Shown: positions 1 through 15,081, counted from the first letter of the stretch. The stretch is 64,000 nucleotides of DNA from the human T2T-CHM13v2.0 reference genome, Homo sapiens (GCF_009914755.1 NC_060928.1), one strand, 5' to 3'. Notes: generated by a model not told the origin, from the letters alone. Program-made: numbers and translations.

Positions 1-2400
1 CCTCTAGGATAGACAATATGTTAGGCAACAAAACAAATCTTAACAAATTCAAGAAGATTGCAATTATAACAAGTATTTTTTTTCTGACCATGATGGTATA
101 AAACTAGGAATTAATAACAAGAGGAAAATTGGAAAATTCACAAATATGTGTAAATTAAACAAACACTCCTGAACTATCAAAAGGTTAAAGAAGAAATCAA
201 AAAAAGTAAAAGAATTTACAGTGATAAACTCAAATATTAAGAAGAAAGATCTTCAATAAACAACCTAACATTACACCAGAAGAAATTAGGAAAAGAATCA
301 CAAACTGAGACCAAATTCAGAAGAAGGAAGGGAATTATAAATGTCAGAGCAGAAATAAAATTAAGAAGAGTCTCAAAAATTAATAGAAATTATCCACAAA
401 ACAGTTTTTTTAAAATAAAATTGACAAACCTTTAGGTAGACCAACTAAGAAAAGAAGAGAAGACAAAAATCATCAATGAAAGAGGAGATGTTACAGCTGC
501 CAGCAAAGAAACAAAAAGGGTATAAAAGAGCACTATGAATAATTATATTTCAACAAATAGAATAATTTAGAAGAAATGAACAAATGTCTGAAGACATACA
601 ACATATCAAGATTACCATGAAGAAATAGAAAATATGAACAAATTAAAGAGATGAGTACACTTCTAAATACATTTTATGAGGCCAGCACTACCCTTATGCC
701 AAAGCCAGACAAAGACACTACAAGCAAATGAAATTACAGGCCAATATCTCTAGTAAACTTATATGCAAAACATTAACAACAGAAATTAAACAAGACACAA
801 ACAGATAAAGGTATATCCCATGTTCATGGATTGGAAGGCTACATAATGTTAAACTGCCTGTACTACCCAATTTTATATACAAATTTGATGCAATCTATAT
901 CAAAACACCAATGACATTTTTCACATAAATAGAAAAAACGTCTAAAATTAATTGGAACAACAAAAGATCCAAATAGCCAAAGAAATATTGAACAAAAGAA
1001 CAAAGCTAGAGGCATCACATTACCTGATTTCAAAATATACTGCAAAGCCGTAGTAATCAAAACATCATAATACTGGCATAAAAACAGTTATATAGACCAA
1101 TGGCAGGGAAACTAACAGAGATACCAAAACTAAATTCACATATTTACAGTAAATCAAATTTTGACAAAGGTGCTGGAAACATTATGGGAACAGGACAATC
1201 TATTTTATACATGATGTTGGAGAAAACTGGGTATTCACATGCAAAAGAATATAATTGGGCCCATATCACATGTCATATACAAAAATCAGTTTGAAATGAA
1301 TTAAAGACATATACATAAGACTGAGCTATAAAACTGCTAGAAAGAACCATGAAAGAAGTTTCTTGACATTGGTATGGGTAATAATTTTTTTATTATTACC
1401 CAAAAAGCACAACAACGAAGGTGACACCAAACATAAGATAGCATCAAACTAGGAAGCTTTGCATTACAAAGGAAACAATAAACAAAGAGATAACTTACAG
1501 AATGGGAGACAGTATTTGTGAACCATACATTTGATAAAGAGTCAATATCTAAAATATATAATAAACTCAATTCAATAGCAAAATAATGATAATAATCCAA
1601 TTAGAAAGGGGCAAAAGACCTAAACAGGCAGTTCTTAAGAAAAGACTTCAAATGGCCAATGGATATGTGAAAATATATGCAACATCATTAATCAAAAGGG
1701 AAATGCAAAATCAAACCACAATGAACCATTAAAAATCAAACCTCATGACTATTAAAATGGCTGTTATCAAAAAAGTAAACAATAACTGCTGCTGAGGATG
1801 TGGATATAAGGAAATCCTAGTATGCACTTAGTAGAAATTTAAATTGGAGCCATCATTTTGGAAAACAATATAGTGGCTCCTCAAATTTTTACAATATAGA
1901 AAGATAATTTGGCAATCCTATTTCTGGGTGTATAATCAAAGGTAAAAAATAAAATGAATGTAGTACCATTCAGACTTAAAAAAAATCCTGTCATCTGCAA
2001 AAATATGAATAAATATGCAATATGGCATGCTAAGTGAAATAAGCCAATCACAGAAAGACAAACAGCACGATCTCACAGGTGGACTCTAAAATAGTCACTC
2101 ATAGAAGCAGAAAGTAGAATGGCGGTTGACAGGAGCTGTGGTGGTAAGGTCCAGGGGAATGAGGAGATGTTGCTGAAAGGGTGCAAAGTTTCAGTTAAAC
2201 AAGATAAATACGTTCTGAAGATCTACTGTAGAGCATGGTGACTACAGTTAATAATGTACTGTATTCTTGAAAAATGCCAACAAATATCTTAAATGTTCAC
2301 AAACAAATGAAAAGTATTTCAAGTAACAGATGTTAGTAGCTTGATTTAATTATTCACATGTATACATATAACAAAACACTGTAAATATATTTAATTTTGA
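1..2400 (+). mobile_element. L1 (L1MA-like) ORF2 remnant plus 3' UTR, with internal deletions
   Basis: Starts with a degenerate ORF2 endonuclease C-terminal motif (ctctaggatagacaatatgttaggcaacaaaacaaatcttaacaaattc, SRIDHMLGHKTSLNKF-like). Later ORF2 motifs include ggaggcatcacattacctgatttcaaa-like at ~1010. An L1M-type 3' UTR lies at 2100-2400. Many stops and frameshifts. Confidence 0.9.
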
Positions 2401-2439
2401 AATGTTAATTTAAAAATGCATATAAGTAAATATAAGAAA

Positions 2440-3570
2440 ACAAAGTAAAAAATGTGAAATAATTGGAGAGGTAAAAACAAACTGCAAGTGTTTACAAAAG
2501 CGAGATGATATATGAAAAACATCTGAAAAGTAATCTCCAGATAAATATTACAATCATTCAGATTTTTTTGATATAGCTGCTATATATGAAAATTATGTAA
2601 AAATAGATATTTTATTTATGCAGATAATCTACTAATTAGAAAATGAACTTTTAAAAACTACCAGTTATAATTACATCAAAATATATGACATCTTTAAAGC
2701 ACATGCAACCAGATATGGGAAAGATAATCACGAAACATTTTAAAAGCTATTAGAAGTTATTAAAGAATGATGAAAATATAGTTTTTAATTAATTGTGCCA
2801 TTATCTGTGTGAAAAAATGTAAAATCAGGAAAGCTTTTGTACATAAAAGCAATTACAAGAAAGATACAGAGACATGGGAACCCTAATTCATTGCTAATTG
2901 AGATATCAATTGGTAAATTCAGTTTAGAAAACCTTTGACATCATCTAATAACATTTAAAATAACACATGTCCTATTATGCCACAATTTTTATTTCTGCTG
3001 TTTATAAAACTTCCCCTATGAACACCATAATGTACATACTAGAATGTTCATAAGCTGTAGATTATTATTGCCAAAACTAGAACTAACTTCAATATCCCTC
3101 ACAAATATTATAGCTGATGAAATAAGTGCATATTCAATTAGACTTTATACTGCAATAAAAGGCAAATGGTAGCAGTGTGCAGGAACATGGATGCATTTTA
3201 AACTGTAATGCTGCAGGAAATAAGCTAGCCAAAATGAACTTGAAAAGTATGATTACATTAATATAAATTCAAAAGATGCAAAACGAAATTATAGTTTAGA
3301 GATGAAAACTTAGGTGATAAAATCTATGAAGAAAATCAGAACAGAAGAAAATCAGAACAAAAGGGAATCAGTCAGGAAAGTATTTATCTGAAGGCAGTGG
3401 GCAGGCCTTATAATTAAAAAAAATAATAATTTAGAGATCTACCGGCTTCTAATTTCTGATCACAGGAATTAGAATATTGTTTACACAATTGCTCACTTTA
3501 TTTCTACATTGCACTTAAATACTTTATATACATGTTATTCTGTATGTTACATTTAATTATTGAAAAAACA
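2440..3570 (+). mobile_element. Highly diverged L1ME-type fragments
   Basis: Degenerate L1 ORF2-end/3' UTR motifs (e.g. aaaactagaactaacttcaatatccctc, aggaacatggatgcatttt); boundaries approximate. Confidence 0.55.
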
Positions 3571-4050
3571 TTAGTACTGAGTACATAGAAATGTAAATGA
3601 TAAAATAATGGAGATCTTTGAATGTGGGAAATGGGAAACTGCAGACAACTTTTGACAAACAAGCTATTAAAACTAAGTACAGAATCTGGTCATAATTAAC
3701 TGTGAGGGCAATGACTAGTTGGTGCTAGGATACAGATTTAGCAAGAGAGATAAAGGTGGAATAATCTTGGATATGTATGAGGAAAACAAGGAGCTTTAAA
3801 GAAGACAAGAACACAGATTTCAAAAAGAAAGAGATACTTAATAACAGTTAAAATATTGTATTTCAGTATTTTGAAATACAAGAGAAAGGTAGAATACTGA
3901 GGATTGGGAAGAAGAAAACACTCATATTGTTGATCAGTAGATGAATTCATTATGTTTTGTCCTTTGATATATGGTACGTTGTAACTGGTTCTTGCTCCAA
4001 CTAGAGTCAAAGGGTTTAAGGAGTGTGTTGTATAAAACAGACACACAGGG

Positions 4051-4378
<328 letters not shown>

Positions 4379-4535
4379 TCAGGACAATGGAAGTTTATCT
4401 GAAGTGTTGTGTTCTCCCATCTCTAGAAGCACTGACGATATTTATTCTCTTACTGCAAGACCTGCCCAGTCCAAGCCCCCAAACCGACTTTGGATTGAGA
4501 TAGGAGACTCTTAGTCTACTCCATTTACCTTTCAG

Positions 4536-4681
4536 CAGAACTTGGCATTATGTCACTGTTGTCATTTTAGCCAGATCCAGGAAACACCAGGAATTGATAT
4601 TGTCTGAATCCAAACCGTTTGAAGAGGCCCCTCCAGAGCTAAGATCCAGAGCTCCAGGAGGATTTTCAAAGCCTGCTGCAG
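4536..4681 (+). CDS. Candidate exon A of spliced orphan ORF (RTWHYVTVVILARSRKHQELILSESKPFEEAPPELRSRAPGGFSKPAA)
   Basis: Pyrimidine tract plus NAGNAG acceptor (ccatttacctttcag|cag) and donor GCAG|gtatct at 4682. Open in one frame and ends in phase 1, matching exon B. No in-frame ATG here (upstream in-frame TAG at 4501), so the start would be in an upstream exon. Confidence 0.55.
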
Positions 4682-5090
4682 GTATCTCTGGAACTGGGAG
4701 GAAAGGTCTCTAAGGAGAGAAAACTTCAAGAAGTTACTAGTAGCCTGCACCCCTGAAGAGGCATTATTGAGCAGTTGTAGAAGTATAAAAAGAAGGTGGC
4801 ATTGGTGGAAGCAATATATAATAATTACAGGTGTATTCTATTAAAGAAGAAAGAAAAATAGGAAAAGTTCTATGTAATTATTCACTTTTTTTTTTGACCA
4901 CGTGCCAGTTAAAGTCCAGGCACTTTTGGAAGGCATCTGCAAGCTTGTTTCCTGAATCCATATTGCTATTTCTTAGAATTTAGGTGAGAATACACTTCTA
5001 TCATGTAAATTCAGAGATTTGGAGATTTCTCTCTTAAAATACCTATTGCTACTCTAACATAGAATTCTGAAATCTATTGATATTTCAATA

Positions 5091-5308
5091 TAGGAACCTG
5101 AATTATTTTTCCTATAAGGGCCAAATAGTAAATATTTTAGGTTTTGTGGGCAATATTGTGTCTGTGTCCACTACTCAACACTGCCATTGTAATACGACTA
5201 ACTACAGACAATATATAAGTGAATAAGTGTGACTTGTTCCCAAAAATGTTAATTACAAAGTAGATGTTGGGCCATATTTGGCCCACAGGCTATATTTTGC
5301 TCACCCTT
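5091..5308 (+). mobile_element. MER58A-like hAT-Charlie DNA transposon
   Basis: ctataagggccaaatagtaaatattttaggttttgtgggc ... gggccatatttggcccacaggctatattttgctcaccct matches the recalled MER58A consensus. Strand is nominal. Confidence 0.85.
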
Positions 5309-5789
5309 TCTCGAATGCAATAGACAATCCTAGTGCCTTAGCTGTATTTCATCTCCCTCATTCAGAATAAGTGCTGTTAAGATTTAAAGAAAGAAGGGTA
5401 GATGTTTTCATATGGAATGAAGGTAAAGGAAGTTACCAATATTAAATCAATCAAGTTAAATGTGTAGATCCAGAAGAAAGGACAAAATATGGATGGCAGG
5501 TATACAGAAAAGAGGAAGAGTAGGTTTAATTGATGAAGCAGGACCTGGAAGGGGTTACGAAGCCAACATATGTAAAAACTGTAACTTTGGAAAAGAATGA
5601 GACATTTCTTGCTGGAAACAGAGAAATGGTATGAAAGGTGGCTAAATAAATGAAAGTCTTACATACGATGAAAAAGATATCATCAGTGAAGAGTGGAAGC
5701 ACAAGCAGATCTCACTGGATACCCAAAGATAGTACTGTAGTTAGAAGGAAAGAATTTTAAGACATTTTACAAAATTTTATAATATTTAA

Positions 5790-6745
5790 ATTTTAAATTG
5801 AGATAAAATTCATATAACATCAATTTAACCATTAACCTTTTTAAAGTGTACAATTCAGTGGTATTAAGTCCATTTACAATGTTGTGCAACCATCTCCCCT
5901 ATTTAGTTCTAAGGTGTTTACATCATTCTAAAAGAAATCCCATACTCATTAGGCAATCAATCCCATCCCCCTTCTCCAAGCCCCAATAACCACTAGTCTG
6001 CTTTCAGTCTCCATGTATTTATCTATTCTAGAAGCTGCATATGAATGGAATTATATAATACATGATTGTTGTATCTGGCTTTTTTCACTTAGATAATGCT
6101 TTTGAGGTTCCCCTAGTTACAGCATATATAACTACTTTATTCATTTTTAATGACTGAATAATATTTGTATGAATCCATTCTATTTCATTTATTTATTATC
6201 TTCTGATGAACACTTGTTATGTTTCCACCTTTTGGCTACTGTGAATACTGCTGCAATGAACATTCATGCACAAGTATTTGTTTGCATGGTCGTTTTTAAT
6301 TCTTTTGAGAATATACCTAAGAGTGAAATCACTGGCTCATATAATAATTTTATGTTCAGCTTTTTGAGACACCAACAAACTACTTTCCATAGCAGCTGTA
6401 TTTTGCATTTTCACCAGCAATGTTTGAGGATTCCAATTTCAGCACATTTTCATCAACTGCAGAAAAGAAGAAAATATTTGCGAATCAAAGATCTCATAAA
6501 AATCTACTATCCAGAATATATAAGAACTCTTAAAACTTGACAACCAAAGACAAAGAACCAAATTTTTTAAACGGGAATAAAATCTTGGATAGCTGTTTCT
6601 CCAAAGAGATGTACAAATGGCTAAAAGTTGCTCAACATCATTAGTCACTGGGGAAATACAAATCAAAATCTCAGTAAGATACCACTTCACACCCACTAAT
6701 ATGGCAATAATAATAATGACAACAATAAAAAGAGAATATAATGTA
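5790..6745 (-). mobile_element. L1MB-like 3' end with inverted 5' segment
   Basis: 5790-6457 is an antisense L1MB 3' end (aaagtgtacaattcagtggtattaagt); ~6461-6740 is sense-orientation ORF2 sequence directly upstream in the L1 consensus. Confidence 0.85.
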
Positions 6746-7059
6746 TTTTTTAAATGATCCACCGTAGAGTCAATGGAAGGACAGAACATTCATTTTGCTG
6801 CTTAAGTTCTGAAAAAATATGAGATGGTTTAAATGCTGAAGTTAAGATTGAAGGAATGGGAGTATTTTATACAAATATTGGATATAGATATTGCAATAAT
6901 TAGGCTGTTGGGGATGACTATGGGTGTTAGAATTTAAAATCTTTGAATCAAAGAATAGTTCAGGGTGATGTGATCAAAGTGTTATTTGCCCATGTAAGTG
7001 AGTGAAACCTAATATACATAAAATTCATTGAAATTTGGGAATTAAAAATGATAATTTTA

Positions 7060-7214
7060 ACATCCCCTATCATAGAAGAGCTAATCGCCTTCCATGATCA
7101 CGCCCTTATAATCATTTTTCTAATCAGCTTCCTGGTTCTATATGTTCTCTTTCTAACACTTACAACAAAACTGGCTAACACTAGCATCACAGACGCCCAA
7201 GAAATGGAAACTGT
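7060..7214 (+). pseudogene. MT-CO2 (NUMT): NUMT: fragment of mitochondrial COX2 (codons ~13-64)
   Basis: In the mitochondrial code it reads [51 protein letters not shown](V), closely matching primate COX2; ATA codons sit at Met positions; flanks are unrelated AT-rich DNA. Confidence 0.95.
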
Positions 7215-9754
7215 TAGAAGAAAAATAAAAAATCAATAGGAAATCAGTAGTCATTGACATATATGGCAATACACATCTAATTACAAAGAAAATGAACAAG
7301 ATATTGATGTAATCCTGGGCATAAATAGAGGTAATGAAAATAGAAAGTCATGCTAAAGTGCCATTACATCTCATGAAGTAATTTAATCGGTAGTGTCAGA
7401 TCAATAATTTGCAAATGAAAGTGAATTAATAACATGCTGATCCATAACACCATGTTTATCAATTAGGGGAGTGGGAAGCACACTGTCCATGACTGAAAGA
7501 GAAGCTATCACCAGAGAAGAACACAGGATCAAAGAAATAATCGCAAATGTTCAAGACCAAAAATTTTGTTCAGTATGAGAATGCAGACTTCCTAGGGCAA
7601 AATAGAAAGGGTAGAAGAGTGACTACCAAGAATTGATTGGTTAGACAGGAGAATCAACAAATAAATTCTGAGGTTTTTGGTTTTGTTAAAAGATAGACAG
7701 AAGTAAATGTGCTGCAAAAGGTGTTTTCAGACATCATTTAAAAATGTAGGTAAAATTAAGTTGGATTTTCTAGCACCATTGTAACAGGTGATGTCTCTGT
7801 ACTTCCTGCAGCGTGACACTTCCAATACCTCAAATTCCTTTTACACCTGTTACTTTGTGTTACTTTTACAACTTCCTAGTGATATAGGCAGTTTAGTGTT
7901 TTAGCCTCATGTTATCTAATATATAACATAAAGTAAACTCAAAGTGGCAAAGTAATTTGAAACCTAGGAATCAAAACTGAATGCCCCAATTTGGACTTCA
8001 TATTTTCTACATCAACAATATTTTCTCAGGTATTAATTTTGCTGGAAATTACGAAATATGTTTTCTGCAAAGTTTATTTGATTTCATTGCAGTAATCCTC
8101 TATGAATAGGTCTTACCTAAAAGTTTATAAAGCTTATTTGAGTTAATAATACAAACTTAATTGGAATTGATAGCTTATACAAATGGAAATCTCTGTGGTT
8201 GAAAAAATAAATAATTTATCTCCTGAAATACAAACGCTTATGTATTGATTTCGAAATAAAATGAAACAAAAACCCAAGGACAGAAGGGCAGTAGATGTTT
8301 TCCTCTGGGAAAAAAATGCAGCTGATTTTACATTGTGGGTCCCATGAAAAAGACTGTGTCACAGTTAGTGACATATCAGTACAAGTAACATCCTAGAATC
8401 ACAGGACTGTTATGAAATGCCAAGTATGGTAACTGGCTAAAATGAGAAAAACCCTTTTTATTCAGATGTGTGTTTCACAAGTATTATTTTACTTTGAGCA
8501 TGATCTTTATTGAATAACATTTAGTGTTTTACAGTTTTCTAACAGGAACAGGAACAGGACATCACAAAAATTTGTTTGCATTTTGGTAATCACATATAAC
8601 CGGAACTAGAGTACCACTGAATCAAACACATTTGCAACTGAGAAAAATGGCTTTTAATTGAAGTGAATCAGAGTGAATCAGAAATACTAACGAAACAGGA
8701 AAAAATAGAAATCTAAATAGATATTTGCATTAAAATATCTTAATTATTACTGAAATTTGTGCAGAGATAATACTGTATTTGCTTTAAAACAGTATGAAAA
8801 AATATGGCTTTGCGAGTCATTTGGTTTGTGATATAATGAACCAAATTGCTTGCTGAAAATTTGGATAAATTCCAGCGCAACAGCCACTATTCAAATTGAT
8901 AGTGACAGCTCATTCTGAGGGAAAAATGTTATTTTCAAATGATTGATATGAACTCAAAAGGGTGTGAAGAACTATAGTGTACTTTGTACATAGGAGTTGT
9001 GACAGGTTGGCACATGTCTAATTCTGATTTAAAACAAGCCAAGGCCCTGCAGTTTCCAATGCCATTAAGCTTATATACCACATGAAATTATTTGATTCAC
9101 TGGAATATTCCACAAAGCAAAATGTGCCAAAATTTCAAAATTAAATTCTGATTTTTATATTAGACTGGCATGTCATCTACTGAAATAAATTCGAAAAATT
9201 TCTTCCAGTAATAGGAGGAAAATATTCATACATATTAATCAAACTTAATTAACACTTAATAAATGCTGCTCTCTAATTGTGAAATTTAAAAGTGTACCAG
9301 GTGAAAGAAAATAGAGCCCCTGCCATAAAAGGAAGGCATTAAAACTTGACATTGATAAAATGGGGTCATTACTCTTTGGATGAAAAATAGGGCTAAATGC
9401 AGATTAATGGCAAAATTCTTCAATTCCGCTCTTTTAGATTTTACTGATTTGGCATGTATACATTTTAATTTCTTAATTGTATTCCCAAAAAGACCAATTA
9501 GTGTTTTTCTGATACACAAGCAATCAAAGGATAATATCTGTAGAAAAATTTTGGGTTTTTTTTTTTTAATTCTATTTTTTCAAGGATTCCATTGTCACAA
9601 AGCAAAATCACCTTACTGAAACCCATGCTAGAAGTGACTTTTCTCATAGTTGTGACTTCCTAAAAAGCTTAAGGTTGTTGTGTATTTAGCAAGATGTTTT
9701 AAGCATTGTCGGTCCCTTTTTCCTAATTTATATGTGGTATTTATCATGGACTGC

Positions 9755-10140
9755 TGTTTTAGTTCAGGCTAGCCTGCTATAGTATAACCCCACAGACTGA
9801 GTGGCTTACAAAAAAACAGAAGTTTATTTCTCACAGTTCTGGAGGCTGGAAAGTGTAAGGTCACGGCTCAGGCAGATTCGGTGTAAGGTCACGGCTCAGG
9901 CAGATTGGGTCTGGTGAGGACCCAATTCCTCACAGATGGCCTTCTTCTCACTCTGTTCTCACATGGACGAAGGGGCACAGGATCTCTCTGGGGTCTCTGT
10001 AATCAGGGCAATAATGTCATTTATTAGAACTCCACCTTCAGGACCTAATCACCTCTCAGAGGCCCCACCTCTTAAAAACCTTGAGGGTTAGGATTTCAAC
10101 ATATAAATTTTGAGGACATATAAACATTCAGTCCATTGCA
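9755..10140 (-). mobile_element. MLT1A-like MaLR LTR
   Basis: tttatttctcacagttctggaggctggaaag...; ends aaacattcagtccattgca (reverse complement of the MLT1A start). Confidence 0.85.
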
Positions 10141-10917
10141 ACTGCTATAAACCATGTTGGCCAGAAATCAAAAGGGAACATAGATCAAGGAAATAGCTAT
10201 GTATGTATGCTTTTGCATATTATTCTCTTATGTTTCAATGAAAGGGACAGGAATCAAATGCAAAGTGTTCAGAGTCTAACTGAGAAGGTCAAGCTATAAG
10301 TAGCTTTAGGTAAGGCTTGAGAAAAGCAGTCAGAAATATTTTCAGGAATATACCTGTCTGTATTTTGGCTCCATGCTCTTATGGGCAGACTCCGTTCTCT
10401 TGAAGGATGTTTCTATATGGTGGAACAAATAAACACCAGAAGGTTTAGGCTAAAATGTATCTTTACTCTTAACAATCTTTAAAAGAAAATGTCATCTTTC
10501 TGTGTCCTTTCAATTCAGTAAAACAAATCTGACTGTCCCAGTTTGTGTCATATGCCCTTTTCTCAACCAAAAACCATGCCCACGGGGCTGGCAGATACTG
10601 GTTGACCTGGCTCATAATTCTACCGCTGTGTTTCTTATGCTGAAGGCCTCACTTGACCACATCAAGTGAGGGAGGAACTATCCCCAAAATAAACATAGAT
10701 TCTGTTACTAGAATTAAAAAAAAGTGATGTTAGACATTTTGAAAGAAACCATGAAATAGACAAATTATTTCCCTGATGAATCTCTTTAATATTATTGTCT
10801 TCAATACTGTGAAATTCTCATTTTAAAAATTTTACATTTATGTTTATACAAATATCATCATCTCCAAATGTTGCCAGGTGGCAAGTTGCTTATCATGTAA
10901 CTTAAGAAGGAAAAGCC

Positions 10918-12223
10918 TATTGTGGTACAAAAACAGATACACAGACCAATGGAAGAGAATAGAGCCCAGACACAAGCCTGCACACCTACAACTGTCTGAT
11001 TTTCAACAAACTGACAAAAACAAGCAATGGGAAAAGGACACTCTATTCAACAAATAGCGCTGGGATAACTGGCTAGCCATATGAAGAAGATTGAAACTGG
11101 ATCCTTTCCTTACACCAGATACAAAAATTAACTCAAGATGGAAGAAAGACTTAAATGTAAAATCCACAATTATAAAAACACTGGAAGACAACCTAGGCAA
11201 CACCATTCTGGACTTAGGAATAGCAAAGATTTCATGACAAAGACACAAAAAGCAACTGCAGCAAAAGCAAAAATTGAGAAACGGGATTTAATTAAAGAGT
11301 TTCTGCCCTCTTTGTGCAGAAACAAACAGAATGTTCAAAAGAACTTAAACAAAGTTACAAGAAAAAACAAATTACCCCATTAAAAAGTGAACAAAGAACA
11401 TGAACAGACATTTTACAAAGGAAGACATACATGCCACCAACAAGCATATATAAAAAGCTCAACATCACTGATTATTAGAGAAATGCAAATCAAAACCACA
11501 ATCAGATACCATCTCACAGCAGTTAGAATGACTATTACTAAAAAGTCAAAAAATAACAGATGCCGGTGAGGTTGTGGAGAAAAAAGAACGGTTATACACT
11601 GTTGGTGGGATTATAAATTAGTTTAACCATTATGAGAAACAGTGTGGCGATTACTTCAAAGACCTAACCTAAAACAGAAACACCATTTGACTCAGAATTC
11701 CCATTACTGGGTACATCCCCAAAGGAATGTAAATCATTCTATCATAAAGAAATGCAGGCATACGTTCATTGCAGCACCATTTACAATAGCAAAGACATGG
11801 AATCAACCTAAATGCTTATCAAAGGAAAACTGGAAAAAGAAAATGTGGTACATATACACCATGGAATACTATGCAGCCATAAAAAACAACAAGTTCATGT
11901 CCTTTGCAGGAACATGGATGGAGCTGGAGGTCATTATCCTTAACAAACTAATGCAGGAACAGAAAACCAAATACTGCATCTTCTCACTTATAAGTGGGAG
12001 CTAAACGATGAGAACTTATGGACAAATAAAAGAAAAAAACAGACACTGAGGCCTCCCACTGGAGGGTGGGAGGAGGGAGAGGATTAGAAAAAGGGGGGGG
12101 TACTAGGCTTAATATCTGGGTGTCAAAATAGTCTGTACAACAGACCCCCATGACACAAGTTTAACTACGTAACAAAAATGCATATGTACCCATGAACTTA
12201 AAATAAAAGTTAAACTAAAAAAA
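10918..12223 (+). mobile_element. L1PA15/16- or L1PB-like 3' end, 5' truncated, internal deletion near 11300
   Basis: ORF2 C-terminal peptides ([14 protein letters not shown]; KKMWYIYTMEYYAAIK); 3' UTR ending gaacttaaaataaaagtt plus A tail. Confidence 0.93.
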
Positions 12224-13559
12224 GAAATTCACTCATTAAACAAGAGGTGAGTTTTTCACTAAAAGTAAAATCATATTTATGCCTTAGTATACCCGAGCAG
12301 GTGTGCTTGGTTGTGTTTTACTTTTTGAAATATACAGCAGAACTTTCATTTGTCAAAGTGCAGGGTTGTTTACTTTAACTGGGAGTATTAGAACTGGGAA
12401 ATTGAGAGGAACAGCTTCGATGGAGTTCTTCATTAAGAAAAATGATAAATTGCTAAAACTTAAAAGGTGTTTCAAATGGATCAAATCTGTAAGGATAAAT
12501 GTCTAGAGTTGACAGATTTAGTTTAAAACCAAATGATTTAAGATGCATAAATTCATTATTTTTATTTTTTATCTGTGTACATTATTCTACTTTGTGGATT
12601 GCTTGAAGTCATTCATTTCAAAATGTGCCTGGAACAATCACATAAGTCACATAGTCTAAAAAGGCCATCAAATTACCCATTCTTCCACATATATACACAT
12701 AACACTGAATTTTCTCATCACCGCATAATTCTAATTACAATAAACATCAACCCTAGTTTATGCTTGCAAGCTCAGTGGTCAGGAGTAATTATCACTTTAA
12801 ATCCAATAATCTTTTTTTCCTTTTTCTTTTTTTATTTTTGGTGTTCACTAAGAAACCTTAATCAATATAATCTGAGGTCTTAGGTACATAAAAGAAGCCA
12901 AGGAATATGGCACAGAGAAAAAACCAGCAGAGCATGTAAAGGCTGAGCCAGAAATAGAAATACTCAACTTGAACTTTAAAAAGCAAACTTGATAGATGGT
13001 GAGTTATATTTGCTCTACGAAGGCTTAAGCTGTGTAACCAGTACAAATGCACCAGCAAGTTAAAATTCCATTGACCTTGGCAATGTCAGAAGGGAAATAT
13101 ATTCATGGAGATCAGCTCTACTGAAATTAATCTCATGTGTTGATAAAATCAAAGTGATGCTTCCTTCTCAAAATGACATATTTGGCTTCTTTTACCTACT
13201 GCATGCTTGGGGCAGAAAAACTAGTCACTGTGGCATTGTGGTCTTTAAAAAAAAATCTAATTTACTATTTGTCACAGTAAGTCAATCATGGGGTATCAGT
13301 GCTGTGAGGCGGTTTAGAAATCTATGTTCCTTTCAGTCTCTCGTTCAGAGTCTACAAAAGGCACCTTTAAGAATTTAGTGACCTTTTACACTGAATTTTG
13401 AAAAAAAAATTCATTCTTTTAAACATGTATAGATATGAAACTTCAATTTCTACTCTAAGATTGACCAATATCTTTATTAGTATTTTAATGTTGTTTATTA
13501 AGATTTAAGAGCATGATTCTGGACAGTCAAAAGAGATGCAAAAACATACATTCTAGGTG

Positions 13560-14000
13560 TATATGTTTAAAGTTTTCATTTTAGGACAGTTGTAGATTGA
13601 GAGAGAATTTGTGATGATAGTACAGAGAATTTCCATATAACCTACACTAAGATTCTTGTATTATTGACATATTACATTAATATGGTGTATTCACTACAAC
13701 TAATGAACTGATGGGATACATTATTTGTAACTAAAGTCTATGTCTTATTCAGAATGTCTTCATGTTTACTTGCTGTACTTTTTCTGTCAAAGTTCCCGTT
13801 CAGCAAACCACATTACGTTTAGTGGTCGTGTAGCTTAAGCTTCCCTTGACAGTGACAGATTCTCAGACTTTTCATGATTTTCATTTCTTTCAAAGTGTGA
13901 AAAGTACTGGTCAGCTTTTTTCTAGAATGCCACTCAATTGGATTTTTCTGATACATTGGGTTATGCGTGTTTGGGAGGAAGATCACATTGGTGAACTGCC
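13560..14000 (-). mobile_element. L1MC-like 3' end
   Basis: gatagtacagagaatttccatataacc... tgtaactaaagtctatgtc, typical of an antisense L1MC 3' UTR. Confidence 0.7.
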
Positions 14001-14242
14001 ATTCTCACAATGTATGAAAAGATGTTCCCTTTCTTGAGTAATAAGAAAAATGGAAGTAAAAATCACAATTGCTATATTGAATATCTACCAAAATGTAAAA
14101 TTGAGAGACAGACAATATAGTTAAGGTGAATGTGGAGTAACTAGATGGAGCACACATACCTTGCTGTTAAGAGGATAATTTGGTGCAACCAATTTGAAAA
14201 ATTATTTGACAGAATCTGTTAAAGTTCAAAGTTGCAATATGA

Positions 14243-15081
<839 letters not shown>

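Noticed and set aside
4562-4750. 62-aa minus-strand ORF
   Set aside because: Non-ATG start and no recognisable homology; the + strand has better splice-site support.
7048-7239. Functional COX2 gene
   Set aside because: Only ~52 codons of COX2, embedded in nuclear DNA; a NUMT.
10400-10720. Possible very old MLT1J/K LTR
   Set aside because: Similarity too weak to call by eye.
11003-12004. ORFs resembling L1 ORF2p
   Set aside because: Frameshifted fragments of a dead, 5'-truncated L1.
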